Below, piece by piece: positions 51,232 through 64,000 of a stretch of DNA of 64,000 bases (position 1 is its first letter; each line of letters starts with the position of its first letter). The notes under the pieces are model-generated. The model searched no databases, had not been told where the DNA came from, and saw only the letters and a program-made list of their open reading frames with translations. The translations under genes were made by a program, and so were the position numbers. Origin of the DNA: Kudoa neothunni (lineage: Eukaryota > Animalia > Cnidaria); assembly GCA_964304625.1 (NCBI GenBank), contig OZ199839.1:1092180-1156179 (forward strand), given 5' to 3'.

Positions 51232-52777
51232 GCTTCCCAATTGGAACTTCTCGGATCCATAAGGGGTCCTAGAGACAGTTATTGGGGGTCTGAAGCTCAA
51301 ACCTAGAGTCAACGAAAAAATTGTACAGCTGAGCATGCTTAGACACATAATTTTTTTTACTACTTAAACATATTCTTATCTATTAAATTTTAAACTTTCG
51401 CGTTAAAATTTACTATATAGATTTTACGATAAAAACCGGTGATTTGAAGTTTAAAATATCAGTTTATGTATATACACAATGACCGTTGAAATAATTTTTT
51501 GATGTTATATTATCACAATTGAGTATTTATAGATTGTTTTGAGCCCTAATTTGATGATCCAGCCTCAAATCGAACTAACTAAATCAAATCTATTATAAGT
51601 ACACAACCTGTATGTGCATATATATATATATATATATACATTTGTTTGTTCGTTCGTTAAAAGATATTCTACTTGACCTTTTAGGGTACTTTAATACATC
51701 TCATTATGAATTAGGTTTATATTATATATTAATGATTAAAAATAATTTATCCTCATTAATGGGAATTTTTTTTAGGATATTTATAATATGCGAGAATAAG
51801 AAATAATATAAGGCAGTGCTGAGAGTGATACCTTTAAGTAGGCAGAATATTCTTTAAGTCATGCGAAAAAAAATATTTATGTCAAACGTGTTCTCTTCCA
51901 AAAAATTTAATGGGAAATTTAAATATTGTTATATTTAGTAAATTTATTATTTTGAAAACCATTATCGTAATAAAACCAACTATTTTTATTAGATTTTAAC
52001 TCTGGATCATAAGTGTGATGTTAGAATTCTTACTGATTATGCGAATCGGCTTTGTGCAATAATATTTATGTAGGATGAGATAAAGAAAGTTTTTCCCTTT
52101 TTCTAGAACTACTTATGTTAATACAACCTAAAAATTACTGGAATCACGATAAAAACTCAATATTCACAATTTTATTAAATTTTCTTCAATGTTTCCCAAT
52201 ACCTAACAGTTGACGACTATTCCTGGAACGAACCATATAAGTAGTGCATGTACTATTTACAAAAAAAGTTATTTTAAAATAGTATATTCATGAATTAATA
52301 TCTCTTCTGTCATTGATAAAGGAGAAGTTACTTTCTGTTATCACCAGCAAAGATTTGAAAGTCTTGAAAAACAATTCTATGAATGCTAGACTACTTATAC
52401 GTAAATTTCACGTTTCGAAAACTTTTGAGTGGTCAATATTGTTTTAAATATATAATATCACGCGTGAATTAAAAGATTGGATGCTAGAAATTCCTCAAAA
52501 AAATAATCTTCGTTAGAAATTAAGATGATTATCCAAAAATGTGTACTGAGTTTAACAGCTAAACGTTGAGGATTTTAATTTTTATTTTATAAGAATTGGT
52601 ATCCAATTAGATCACAATGGATTAATTTATCAGACAATATAAAATCAAGAAAAGCTACTGGAATTCTAAGGTTTTAGTTTCAGTGATCTTCCTATATTTT
52701 TTCAGATTTTACATTTTCTAAAAGGCCTAAAGCGGTATGAAGACTATGGGGTTTCAGAATTACTGTAATTGGGAAGC
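51232..52777. mobile_element. Possible decayed hAT-type element defined by an inverted repeat
   Basis: Perfect 11-bp inverted repeat GCTTCCCAATT (51232-51242) / AATTGGGAAGC (52767-52777) with GGGGT-rich subterminal motifs. No TSD recognised. Confidence 0.35.
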
Positions 52778-54068
52778 AAAGAACATAATAAACTACATAA
52801 TTGGGTTATAATAAAGTCTAATCGTATTTTTTCATTCATTGTTGCGTAATGTTTTCTTTTTATCATAAAATTCAGATACTCGAAGTTCACTCAATGATTA
52901 TGTGACCCCTATTCATGACTTACAAATTCGATGTTGTGTTTAAGATATATCTATTAGTTATTTTTTTAACTTTTTAAGTAAATAATTTTATCATAAAAGA
53001 TTAAATAATAACTAAGTAGCTATTACAACAAGTGTGAATGAATCTTCATATGAAAATTAAAATTTTTATAGTAAAAAAAGTTCTCAAAAATATGTAAATA
53101 AAAATATATAATATTGTGTGGTTAGATACATTATTTTTACTGGGGCTTTTAATATATTTGATTACTAAGTACACTATCATAGCTCTATAGATGGTTCCAA
53201 TTAACATTATAAGATGCAAATTTGCTAAATTAATGACGAATGGGTAACATATGTCACAATCGGATATATTTTAACCTTCACTATTTGGACTGGATCCCGA
53301 AATTTCGTTAAAGCGTCCCTTAAACTTAATTTTAAGCGATAATATTATATATACATTAAAATTTTATTTTATTCAATTATTTAATTTTTTATATTAAAGG
53401 TTAAGAAGCTGTTTTGAGGGAAGAGTGTATAAAAATAGGCCGGATAAAGTGATATTAATTTCAACCATATATAAATAAATCAAGACAGTTATCGTTGAGT
53501 TATATAGTTTTTGCTTCTTTTATGATTTCACTAAATGATCTCAATTTTAAATCAGTTTATCGCAGTTGTTAAAAGTATGATATTTAAAAAAAAAGATTTG
53601 TTTAATTTCCCACCAGGGTTAATTGAAAAGATACTTATATTTTTTTAAACGTGTTCTTCTACGATAAAATATTCTCGATCCCGTGAGAAGCTTGGCAGTT
53701 GGCGCTAGTTAATTGTATCATTGTGATTTTCGTAGTTAGAATACAAAAGTTAATTAATTACTGATTTAGTCATGAAATATTTACTTCTACTTATTTAAAA
53801 CAAAAAGAATTAATTAAAAATCAAATTTATTAACTGAAACACATTTACTCATCACAATCGAATAGCATTCATTAATTTTATCATTTAATATAAGCAGCAT
53901 CATTCATGAAACAATGAATTGAACTGTTTTATACGAATTTCCGTTATAAATATAACTTGAATAGGCCGAATAAAATTTTGCATGTGCATATTTACGATTT
54001 CATAATAACTTCATGAACTAATCTAACGAAAGGTTGTAAAGCCGAAGGTCGAGCCAAAATTATCAACT

Positions 54069-57000
54069 ATGTTCAATCAAATAATGTGTAAACATCACTA
54101 TTATAAAGATTGACTAATAGGCTACTTAGACTCCGTGTTATTGATGACATTGTCATTTTATTCCACTACTGAAATAGACAATAATGATAGAAAAGATGAA
54201 TGTCGGCAATATTCACAAAAAAAGAATGACTATTTGCAAGTGTACAAAACATTGCAATCGCTACTTGAAACTGTTAATTCAAGAGTAGATAGTCTTCTAT
54301 CCATAAAGAAAAATTACGAATCTCAACAAAACCTTTATACTAAAGATAAACTGATAAAATTAATTGAAAGCGACGTAACATTGAAGTATGAAGAGTATAA
54401 AATCTATAAAGAAAGACCATTTAAAGAAATCGGTCTCAAAGTCCTCAACTCTGATTTTTACGACAAGGTTATTAAACGTTGCCAAGATGCTGCTAAATGT
54501 TACAGAAAATTGGAGGAAACCGTTAACTTGATAGATGAATTTAAAAATATGAATGAGAAAAGTCGACTTTTTTTTAATAACGAGCTTCAATTTAAGGAAA
54601 ATCTAAATCATGGTAACTTTAACAAATGTCTTTCAAATCAATTAAACCCTGATCTGCAAACGCAACTATCACACATGGAAAAAGCCATACAAGAATTTTA
54701 TAACTTTATACCTGATCTACAGATTTATCAGTATAAAACAAGATACTGTGGCTTTGATCCTACTAATGAGTTGACAGCGTGTCACTTAAATGACAGATAT
54801 CAACAATTTACTCCTTACTATAATAAAATGATAGAAGCAATGGGTTCCATATTTCGAAAAAATTAAACCTAAGCTGCAAGCTTTTATCACACAGTACAAT
54901 CTAGAATTGTTTGAAAAGTATTCGAATAATTCGGAAAATTTTACTACAATTCTAAATAGTATGGATGTTGACAATGTGTTTGTCGACAAAATAGATGAAA
55001 TTCAACGTTTTCTAAAAATACAGAAGATGTTTTGTCATCAACGAGCTCTTATATCTCGGCAGATTTGTCGAAGAAAATGACAGAAAAAATTGGTGAACTA
55101 AAAGCAATGCTTAAATTATACAAAACACAGAGATCCGAAACTAAACAACTTCAAATCGACAGTCAGGCAACAATGCGTAATACAAACGAATTATCTCGGG
55201 CTATTTCTGATGCTATTATCCAAATAAAACCCATTGAAGTCAAAGCTAACGATTTCATATCACAAATCGAAAAACTCAAGAAAATGGAAGACTTGAGACT
55301 CCGTGTTTTTGGGGGTAAAGAATTAAACGAAAAAATACAAGATTTTTTGACTACGAGAGGATCATTTTTACAAAAATTAGAATTTGAGTTTAATAAAGTG
55401 GTAAAGTTGAACGGTCATGTTACTGGAATGGTTGAAAAGTTGCAACCAACTTTCGGCCAATTGAAAATGATAATCATAACAATTTACAAACCTATGAAAT
55501 TTAAAATCCGACATCGACACCCTAACAAAAATAGAAATTCCTAAACATATAGAACAACTTAATCAAGGAAAATTAAACCAAAGATTGGCCTTTGAAAATC
55601 CCACCTCCAAATTGAACGATATTGCTAGAAGAAATGAGAAATTGTCAAAAAACTTGGCTTCTTATGGATCCCAAATTGATGCTAACCAATTAACAACAAT
55701 AGAAGATACTACAAATGCGGCAACTAAAATTCTAAAGCAAGTGGTGGTTGATAATAATAAATTCGAATTGTCAGTCTCCAAAAATGAACCCTCATTCCTC
55801 AAAATTAAAGCTGATAAATTATCCACTTTGTTTCTAATATGGCTAGTGTTACTGAAAGTAAGCTGACCAAATTGTGCCAAGAATCGTTGAATTAAAATCC
55901 AAATTTGATCACGTTCAATCCCAAATAAACAAAAATGAAGCACTCGTGAAAGATATCAACGACCGTTCTCAAAAATTAACCCAAGATTACGCCAATATTG
56001 AAAAAGCAAAAACACATCTATTAACTAATATAAATTCAGCACCTGGAGAATTTGAAAAATTGATAACAAAAGAAATTTCAAGTTTAAATTTAAATTTAAA
56101 TCTCGATAATGACACCAACCAACTATCAGAAGATATCAAAAAATGTGAAATGTCTTGTGCAACTGTTGGACAAAATGTTGCGGAGATAGTAAACGAAATG
56201 AACCAAGTGAAATCATTGAAAGATAGTCACGAAACAGAAGTTGAGAGTATTAAGAATTTGCATGCCAACACGGTGAATTCTCTTGGCTATGGACTGGAAA
56301 CAGTCAAAATCTTGGATCAAACTCCGTTCGTTAATTCCAAAGATGAATTAATCAAATTATTTAATAAATACAAGGAAATCCTCCAAAGACAAAAAGATGA
56401 TCATACAAGTGATGTGGATTATTATACAAAATCCATAAACGAAGCTAAAGAAAAGGTAGCTAAGATTGAAAAAATTAGCGTTAGTAAAATAATTGCGCGA
56501 CTTCTGGAAGGAGAATACTCTGTGAGTAGTTATTTTTTTGAGTTTCCATGATTTGCTTGGTGCATATGATGAATACATGCCTCAAAAAGAGACTAAATTG
56601 AACAATCATGAAAGAAAATATTCTTCAATTTCGACCGGCTATGAAAAGAACAGCGCCACTTTAGAATCTACCGAAAATATCATTATTGGTCTGCTTAATA
56701 TCTATCATGAAAAATCTGCATTAACAGACAGCGAGAATGTAAATAGAATTGAGAAAATGAACGCAGAATTGAAAACAAAATTTGACATATTCCGAACCAC
56801 AACCGACACGATGGTAAATGAATTGACACAAACTGTCGACTATGATAAACGACTTAAATAGTGAGATTGTTGCTGAAGTAAAATTTATTGAAGAGCACTC
56901 CAAAAAGTATATCCAACGAAAGAAATAGACTTCAATCATTCCTTAAGAAGTTGGATTCACTCGAAGAAACAGCCTCGACAATTAATGGAGCTACCGAAAA

Positions 57001-57956
57001 ACTTGCTAAAAAGAAGGAAAACCTTGGTAGCTTCTTGAAAACTTCCGAGGATCAATACAACACAATGCGTGATTTGATAAAGAGTAAAGAACACGAAATT
57101 TCTACTCTTAGTCAATCAGGGACTGATTTATTAGAAAGGGAGAGATCAGATACTTTAACAAAGTACACTGAGTACAAAAAAGCACATGACGAAATTGTAA
57201 CCAAAGCCAACGAGTTAGAAAATGATATTCCCAATGATTTGAAAGCGAAATCTATTGAAATGGAAGCTGAGGAACAAAAGTTGAAGATTAAATTTTAAGA
57301 GACTATGAGAATATTCTCAACAGCCATATCCGAAGCGAATTCACACTATGACAGTGAAAAGAATAAACTTGGGAGCAAATATTCTGAAAACAAATCCAAA
57401 GCCACTGACTTATTAACAAAACTTGAATCATTATCAACGAAAATTGTTTCGGAAACTAATGATAAAGATTTGACGCTTTGTACAATGAATACACCACACT
57501 TATCCCAGAAATCCAGAATTTCTTGGCTCAGAATATAAATTCTATTCAAATTATTGAACATAATGATCAAATAAAAGCTACTATTCCAATAGAAGCAAAA
57601 GGGTTTAGGAAAAATCTTGATGAAGCTATAAAAAAAAGATGCAAAATATGTTAATAATTTAAAAAGCAACACATCATCAACTAAAACAATTACGACTCCC
57701 AAAGAAATGGAAAGATATAACGGGAGGTTCCAAGGAACTTAATGAACATGATAAGAAATTAATGGATTCATCTCAAAATTCCGCAGCATTAGGCGAAACT
57801 AACAATATATCATCAAAAGATCATTTCAAGGCGATTATGGTAGGTGCTGCTGTAGCCGTGGTTGCTATGGTAGTCGCTGGTGTCTGTAATAGGATACAAA
57901 AGCATCAAAAAGAGAGAATTTACAAGAAATGTGACAATATTTATGTAAAACCCTAA
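54069..57956 (+). CDS. Very long coiled-coil type I membrane protein (~1280 aa after correction); exon 1 54069-54087, 42-nt intron, then one long exon broken by many single-base frameshifts
   Basis: Signal peptide MFNQIMYSVLLMTLSFYSTT via a phase-1 intron (54088-54129). Abutting K/E/N/L-rich ORFs switch frame mostly at A/T runs (e.g. 54857-54862, 55014-55018). TM AIMVGAAVAVVAMVVAGVC and tail NRIQKHQKERIYKKCDNIYVKP*. Confidence 0.75.
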
Positions 57957-60900
57957 TAGTGGTGTGTATTTTTACGTACATAACTAAGTGATTTATCAGT
58001 TTAAACATATTTAGTTGATTAGTATTATTGGTGTGTTCTGTATGAAAATGTGTTTTAATGGCTTATTATGATATTTTCATTATAAAAGAACATATTTATG
58101 ATCTCCCAAAAATGACTTTTATTTTGAACGTGTTTATCACGATCGTTAAAGTATGGTATTTAATAAAAAGTTTATTTAATTTCTCTGTTGGATTAATTGA
58201 AAGGATTGTTATATTCTTCTAATTTTTTCTAGATATTTCTTTTTAATTTAAATAAGCGCATTCCGGGGCAAAACCGGAGTTTCGTGTTAATAAAATATAA
58301 GCTTTATAAAAATTTGCATGCATTTATTTACAACAACAAAAATTTATTACTCTCAGAATTATTATAACATCGTCCAGTATTTAGACAGTAAGAATTTTTA
58401 AATAGATGCCTATGAGTAATTTCTATATTTTTTTGGTGCTGCGGATCACCACCGGATGAAAACCTCAGGATTAGAGCATTATTCAATATTCCTAAAATTA
58501 ATAGTTTAATAAAAAATGTTTTAAATAATCAATATAAGATTTTCTATTTAGTTGAAACTTGATTAAAATACTTTAAATGTATTCTATGGGTTCGAATCTG
58601 CGTTATTAGCATAAAAAGGTGGTGATGCCGTGTCGCCCTTCTCCTCGATCGCGCATGTGTGATTGGTGGATTACAACCTTTAAAATCCACATATTATAAT
58701 ATTTCAAGAGTATTTTATTTGTAATAAATCTATTATTCATATAATTAGAATTCTTTAAATATACCGTTAACTCAATCCCCAAATTGTTCAAAAGGTACAC
58801 ACTTTTTTAAAACAATAAAATAGAAAAAGTGATTATTACATGATATTTTTTATTTTACAATTCTATATGTATGAATGTTTATAAATTAAGAAAATTACAT
58901 TAATAGATTTTTTTCACTTAATAAATGAAAGAATGAAATAAAAAAATCACCCCCAAAATTTATTTACAAATAATTCAAGTTAAGTTTTTTAGTTAATTGT
59001 GTAATATATTAAAAGTTAATTCGGAATAATCTTCAAAAAAAATTATAAACTAAATAAAAAGTTATTATCTATTAAAATTAAATTTTGTTATGACAATTAT
59101 TATTTTATCATTGGAAAACACGTGATATGCTGAAAATTGATAGCGATCATTCGAATGGTCTCTCAGTAGTAAAATACACAAATGAAAACAAGATAAATAA
59201 TTAATTTAATTATTGATGTATTTGTAAATTTTATATTTTAAATGAAGTTTGTAAAAATTGATAGATAAAGGATTCGTTATTCGTAATGCTCGTAAAAATT
59301 ACAAACTAATAAAATAAATTTTGCTTCATTATACAGAAGTTGCATAATATATATTAGAAAACTTAAAATATTCAATAAATATTAACTCTGTGAATGACTT
59401 GTTGCCTTAAATTAGGGGTTGTACACAAATTTCAAATCCACATGACCTAGCATGTGTTCTCGTTAATCTTCGTAAATTTATTCTTCGATTGATTCGTACT
59501 ATAAATTTGTTTAAACATAAAATTAATTTGAACTGCGTAAGTACAATAGGTAACCGATTGTATGTAAAACTCCTTTAGACCGCCCAAAAAAGTGCGTACA
59601 AAACGTTGCAACTGATAGTACGCAATTCAATGCGCGCGCTGCTATTTTTATTTACTTTATTTTTCGATGACGCCTCTTTCCACAAAAATGGTGCTGCGCA
59701 GAGACTATAGATTAATTCTATTTCCATAAGTTGTGTATGTTGTAAAGCGAATAACTAAATTTTAATCGATCACATTGTCTTTTTATATTTTATTTTATCA
59801 CAAAAAACGTGTAAACGATTAATTCTATCTCTTCAAAACAAATTCTAAAAATTTAGAAAGAATTTAATACTATATGAGAATTTTAAAATAAATTATTAAT
59901 ATTTAGTCGTCGTAAGGTAATTTACTACTAGGCAAAACAAGTTATCGAGGAGTACTTTCAAGGTAGCTGATGATGTAATAGTGAGCACATTTTTGTTTTT
60001 TCTCATTGCAGCAAAAAATTTTGTTTGGAAATTTGTAACTCCAATGATCTCATAATATCATAGACATGAAAACTCAACTTTTTCGTACATTTAAATGTTA
60101 ACTGTCGTAATCATCAAAAATATGGACACAATTTTTGCGACTGTTTGTTCTTTATTTCGCACCAAATACCGCATAACCACCTACTAAGATTGGTAAAGCC
60201 ATCTGAGGTCATTATAGAATCACTTATAATCCTCCAATGGGTTATAAACAGTAATTAACCCACTCAAAACATAATAATGCTGCATCTGAATATGACCAAC
60301 TGATAATGAATAGAACTGTAATAATTTCGTTCAAATTCATAATGGAACAAAAATTTATGAAATGATAACTACGAAAAAAACCAACAGCTGACAGGCTGAC
60401 AGACTGATTATTTAATGTGTTTATCTCCTCTCAACAGCAGTATGAGAATACTTGTACCTAATGCTGTGCAAATACCACTCAATTTACACCTAATTTTGTT
60501 ATAGTAGAAGTGAAAAACCTAGGTGGACCCAAAGCAATGAATATTTATTTTGGAACTGAAAAATAACGTCTTTATATCTCTGTGGTAGGTTAAGAAAAAT
60601 TATTATCAATTTTTTTAGACAATAGTTGTGGGTGATTCGCCTTATAACATACGAAATTAATGGAAATAAAAATTAATCCTATTTTTAGATGTGAACAACT
60701 AAAATTCATTATTAAGATTAGTTTTGGCTGAAAAATAATTCGCAAATTTTTTTATTAAAATATTTGTACTCTTTTATATTGGGATAAAGTTTAATAAATA
60801 TTTTATATTTAGACTCTAAAAATTTTAAAATAATTCAAAGTTCTATTTAATTTGGATTCAGCGAATATTGTAAAATGTCTAATGACGATTGTTATTGCGC

Positions 60901-61142
60901 TTTTAGATACCTTTTCTCGTAATTTTGCATTATTTCTAATATTTCTACAAAAATTCAACTGTTAAAATTTAAATTTTACTCACGTTTCCAATAAAAAACA
61001 AAATCTACGTGTTATCGGTTAGTCACACGATATAACAGATTGGTGATTTCCTAATTTAATTCAAAAATATTTTGAAGACTTGAACCTTTTTACTATTACA
61101 GTCAATTAAGTTCGATTTAATATTGAAAAAATATGATCGACA

Positions 61143-61165
61143 AAACAAACAAACAAACAAACAAA
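61143..61165. repeat. (AAAC)n microsatellite just downstream of the CDK7 stop
   Basis: Read directly. Confidence 0.85.
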
Positions 61166-61188
61166 TTCATTATTTACAGAAGTAAATA

Positions 61189-62644
<1,456 letters not shown>

Positions 62645-63499
62645 GTGTATTTAAACTAATAATGCGATCTTAATCAAGCCCAAGATTTCCTAATCTCGTC
62701 TACCATCTCGTGGCTTATCGACCAGTAAACAAACATGCTACAATTGATTTATTCTAAATAGAAATGCTTTAAAAAAACAACTGTTTTTATGGAAGTGTGT
62801 TTTGAATCTATTGGTGATAAATGAAACTATTGATAAAAGAAAAATTATTGCAATCGTGCGCGCGCGGTTCGCCACCATCTTTAATAATTTTTTGTTTCAA
62901 CCTAATTGAATCTAAAATTTACTAGTGTATATTCATGTAATTTCCCGTCGGTCCAGTTCTATTGATTTTGAAACGTGGTTTTCATCTAACCAAGATATTT
63001 AATTGTTGGAAAAAGTAAATAAGGGAGGATTCAAGTCATATTAGGATAATTGTTTTGAGCTATATTTGATTATTTTTATATATTATATATTATTTATTGT
63101 TATGTGTGGATTTAAATTTTAAAATTAAACAATAAAATTCATTCTGAAATTTTAGATTAGGTTACAATTATTATAGTACTTGAATATTATATAAATCACA
63201 AGATATTGATTTAATTAGTTACCTAATTCGATTTTTATCGAGATTTGGTTGTTTATGATACAATATTCGAATTAATTGACCATCTATGTTCGATATGGGA
63301 ACGAAAAGGGGCTAATTCCATTATTTTTCGTATTATTCTGAATGTAAGCCATTAGTTACTTAACATTTTATAAATTATCTTTAAAAAATTCGACAACCAA
63401 AATCGATTTTAATCGCAAACTGCAAATAATAATTCATTAAAATTACCATAGAATTTTAATGTTTGAAGCAAATTAGAATTTTCACTAGTTACATTAGGA

Positions 63500-63760
63500 A
63501 ATACAATTAGAACTAATGTTTATCTATCCATTACCAAAGTGATAGTTGTCGATAGAATAAACACGCATTAATTCCAACTCATTAAACGAATTGTGGAAGT
63601 TCGTTCTAGAAACTAAATATTCAAAATGAAAATAGATTTTTCTGAAACTTGTTTCTATATTTGGAACAACTTCTTGTTGTGAGTCTTTTGATTCAACGAT
63701 AAAGTTTGTAAAATCGAAACATCGGGAACCCTTCCTCATAAACGACACACCTAACGTAAC
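63500..63760 (+). mobile_element. C-terminal remnant of a hAT (SPIN/GTF2IRD2-type) transposase
   Basis: QLELM, WKFVLETKYSK and LKLVSIFGTTSCCESFDSTIKFVKSKHR match ls.FGSTY.CE..FS.Mk..KSK.R. Confidence 0.7.
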
Positions 63761-64000
63761 GAATTCGTACAGTGTTAACAGCATGCGAACCAGATAGATT
63801 ACCGTCAGCTCACTGATATTTGGAAACATAAAACACTTGTAACATTAGAAACAATTTAAAAACAAATTTTTTCGAAAGCATTAAATTACTGTCTTTTACT
63901 TTATTCGTAAATATTATATTATTTTATTATTTTTGCGATCTTGTTCATAGAGAAAAAATTGCTTGGATTACTAACTACTAATTCACCACCTTTTTGGAAA

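Noticed and set aside
54850-57760. Programmed +1 frameshifting (Euplotes-like AAA-stop) or an alternative genetic code
   Set aside because: The shifts go in both directions at assorted homopolymers with no shared motif. Conserved genes (UMPS, TFIIB, CDK7, eIF1A) translate cleanly with the standard code and end in TAA/TAG.
58560-58610. GGGTTCGAATC as part of a tRNA gene
   Set aside because: Only a B-box-like motif is present. No acceptor stem, D arm or anticodon arm could be folded.
59156-59707. MITE bounded by TGGTCTCT...AGAGACTA
   Set aside because: Only about 10/15 inverted match and no target-site duplication.
63524-63829. 101-aa minus-strand ORF as a gene
   Set aside because: The opposite strand carries clear hAT transposase C-terminal motifs, so the ORF is likely incidental.

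Overview
This is AT-rich eukaryotic (animal-type) genomic DNA with very short spliceosomal introns, mostly 39-49 nt. That suggests a reduced parasitic metazoan such as a myxozoan or orthonectid, which is an inference. Five housekeeping genes are recognisable after splicing: eIF1A (254-1050 +), UMP synthase (13173-14661 -), TFIIB (44921-46363 -) head-to-head with AAR2 (46561-47900 +), and CDK7 (61189-62644 -). Among them lie five lineage-specific predicted type I membrane proteins that the ORF track fragments. Three are paralogs (A 16776-19793 +, B 21625-24694 -, C 30539-33438 +) of a ~820-850 aa protein. It has a signal peptide, about seven 4-cysteine FN3-like modules on symmetric phase-1 exons, a hypervariable Ser/Thr loop with a conserved Arg motif, two micro-exons, a TM helix and a tiny basic tail. 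The other two are long helical/coiled-coil ectodomain proteins (37604-39474 +, 54069-57956 +). Intergenic DNA holds many decayed DNA transposons (piggyBac, pogo/Tigger, hAT, Merlin, Tc1, possible Helitrons) and MITEs. Single-base frameshifts at homopolymers occur even in AAR2, so many frameshifts are probably consensus errors. No rRNA, complete tRNA or CRISPR array was found.
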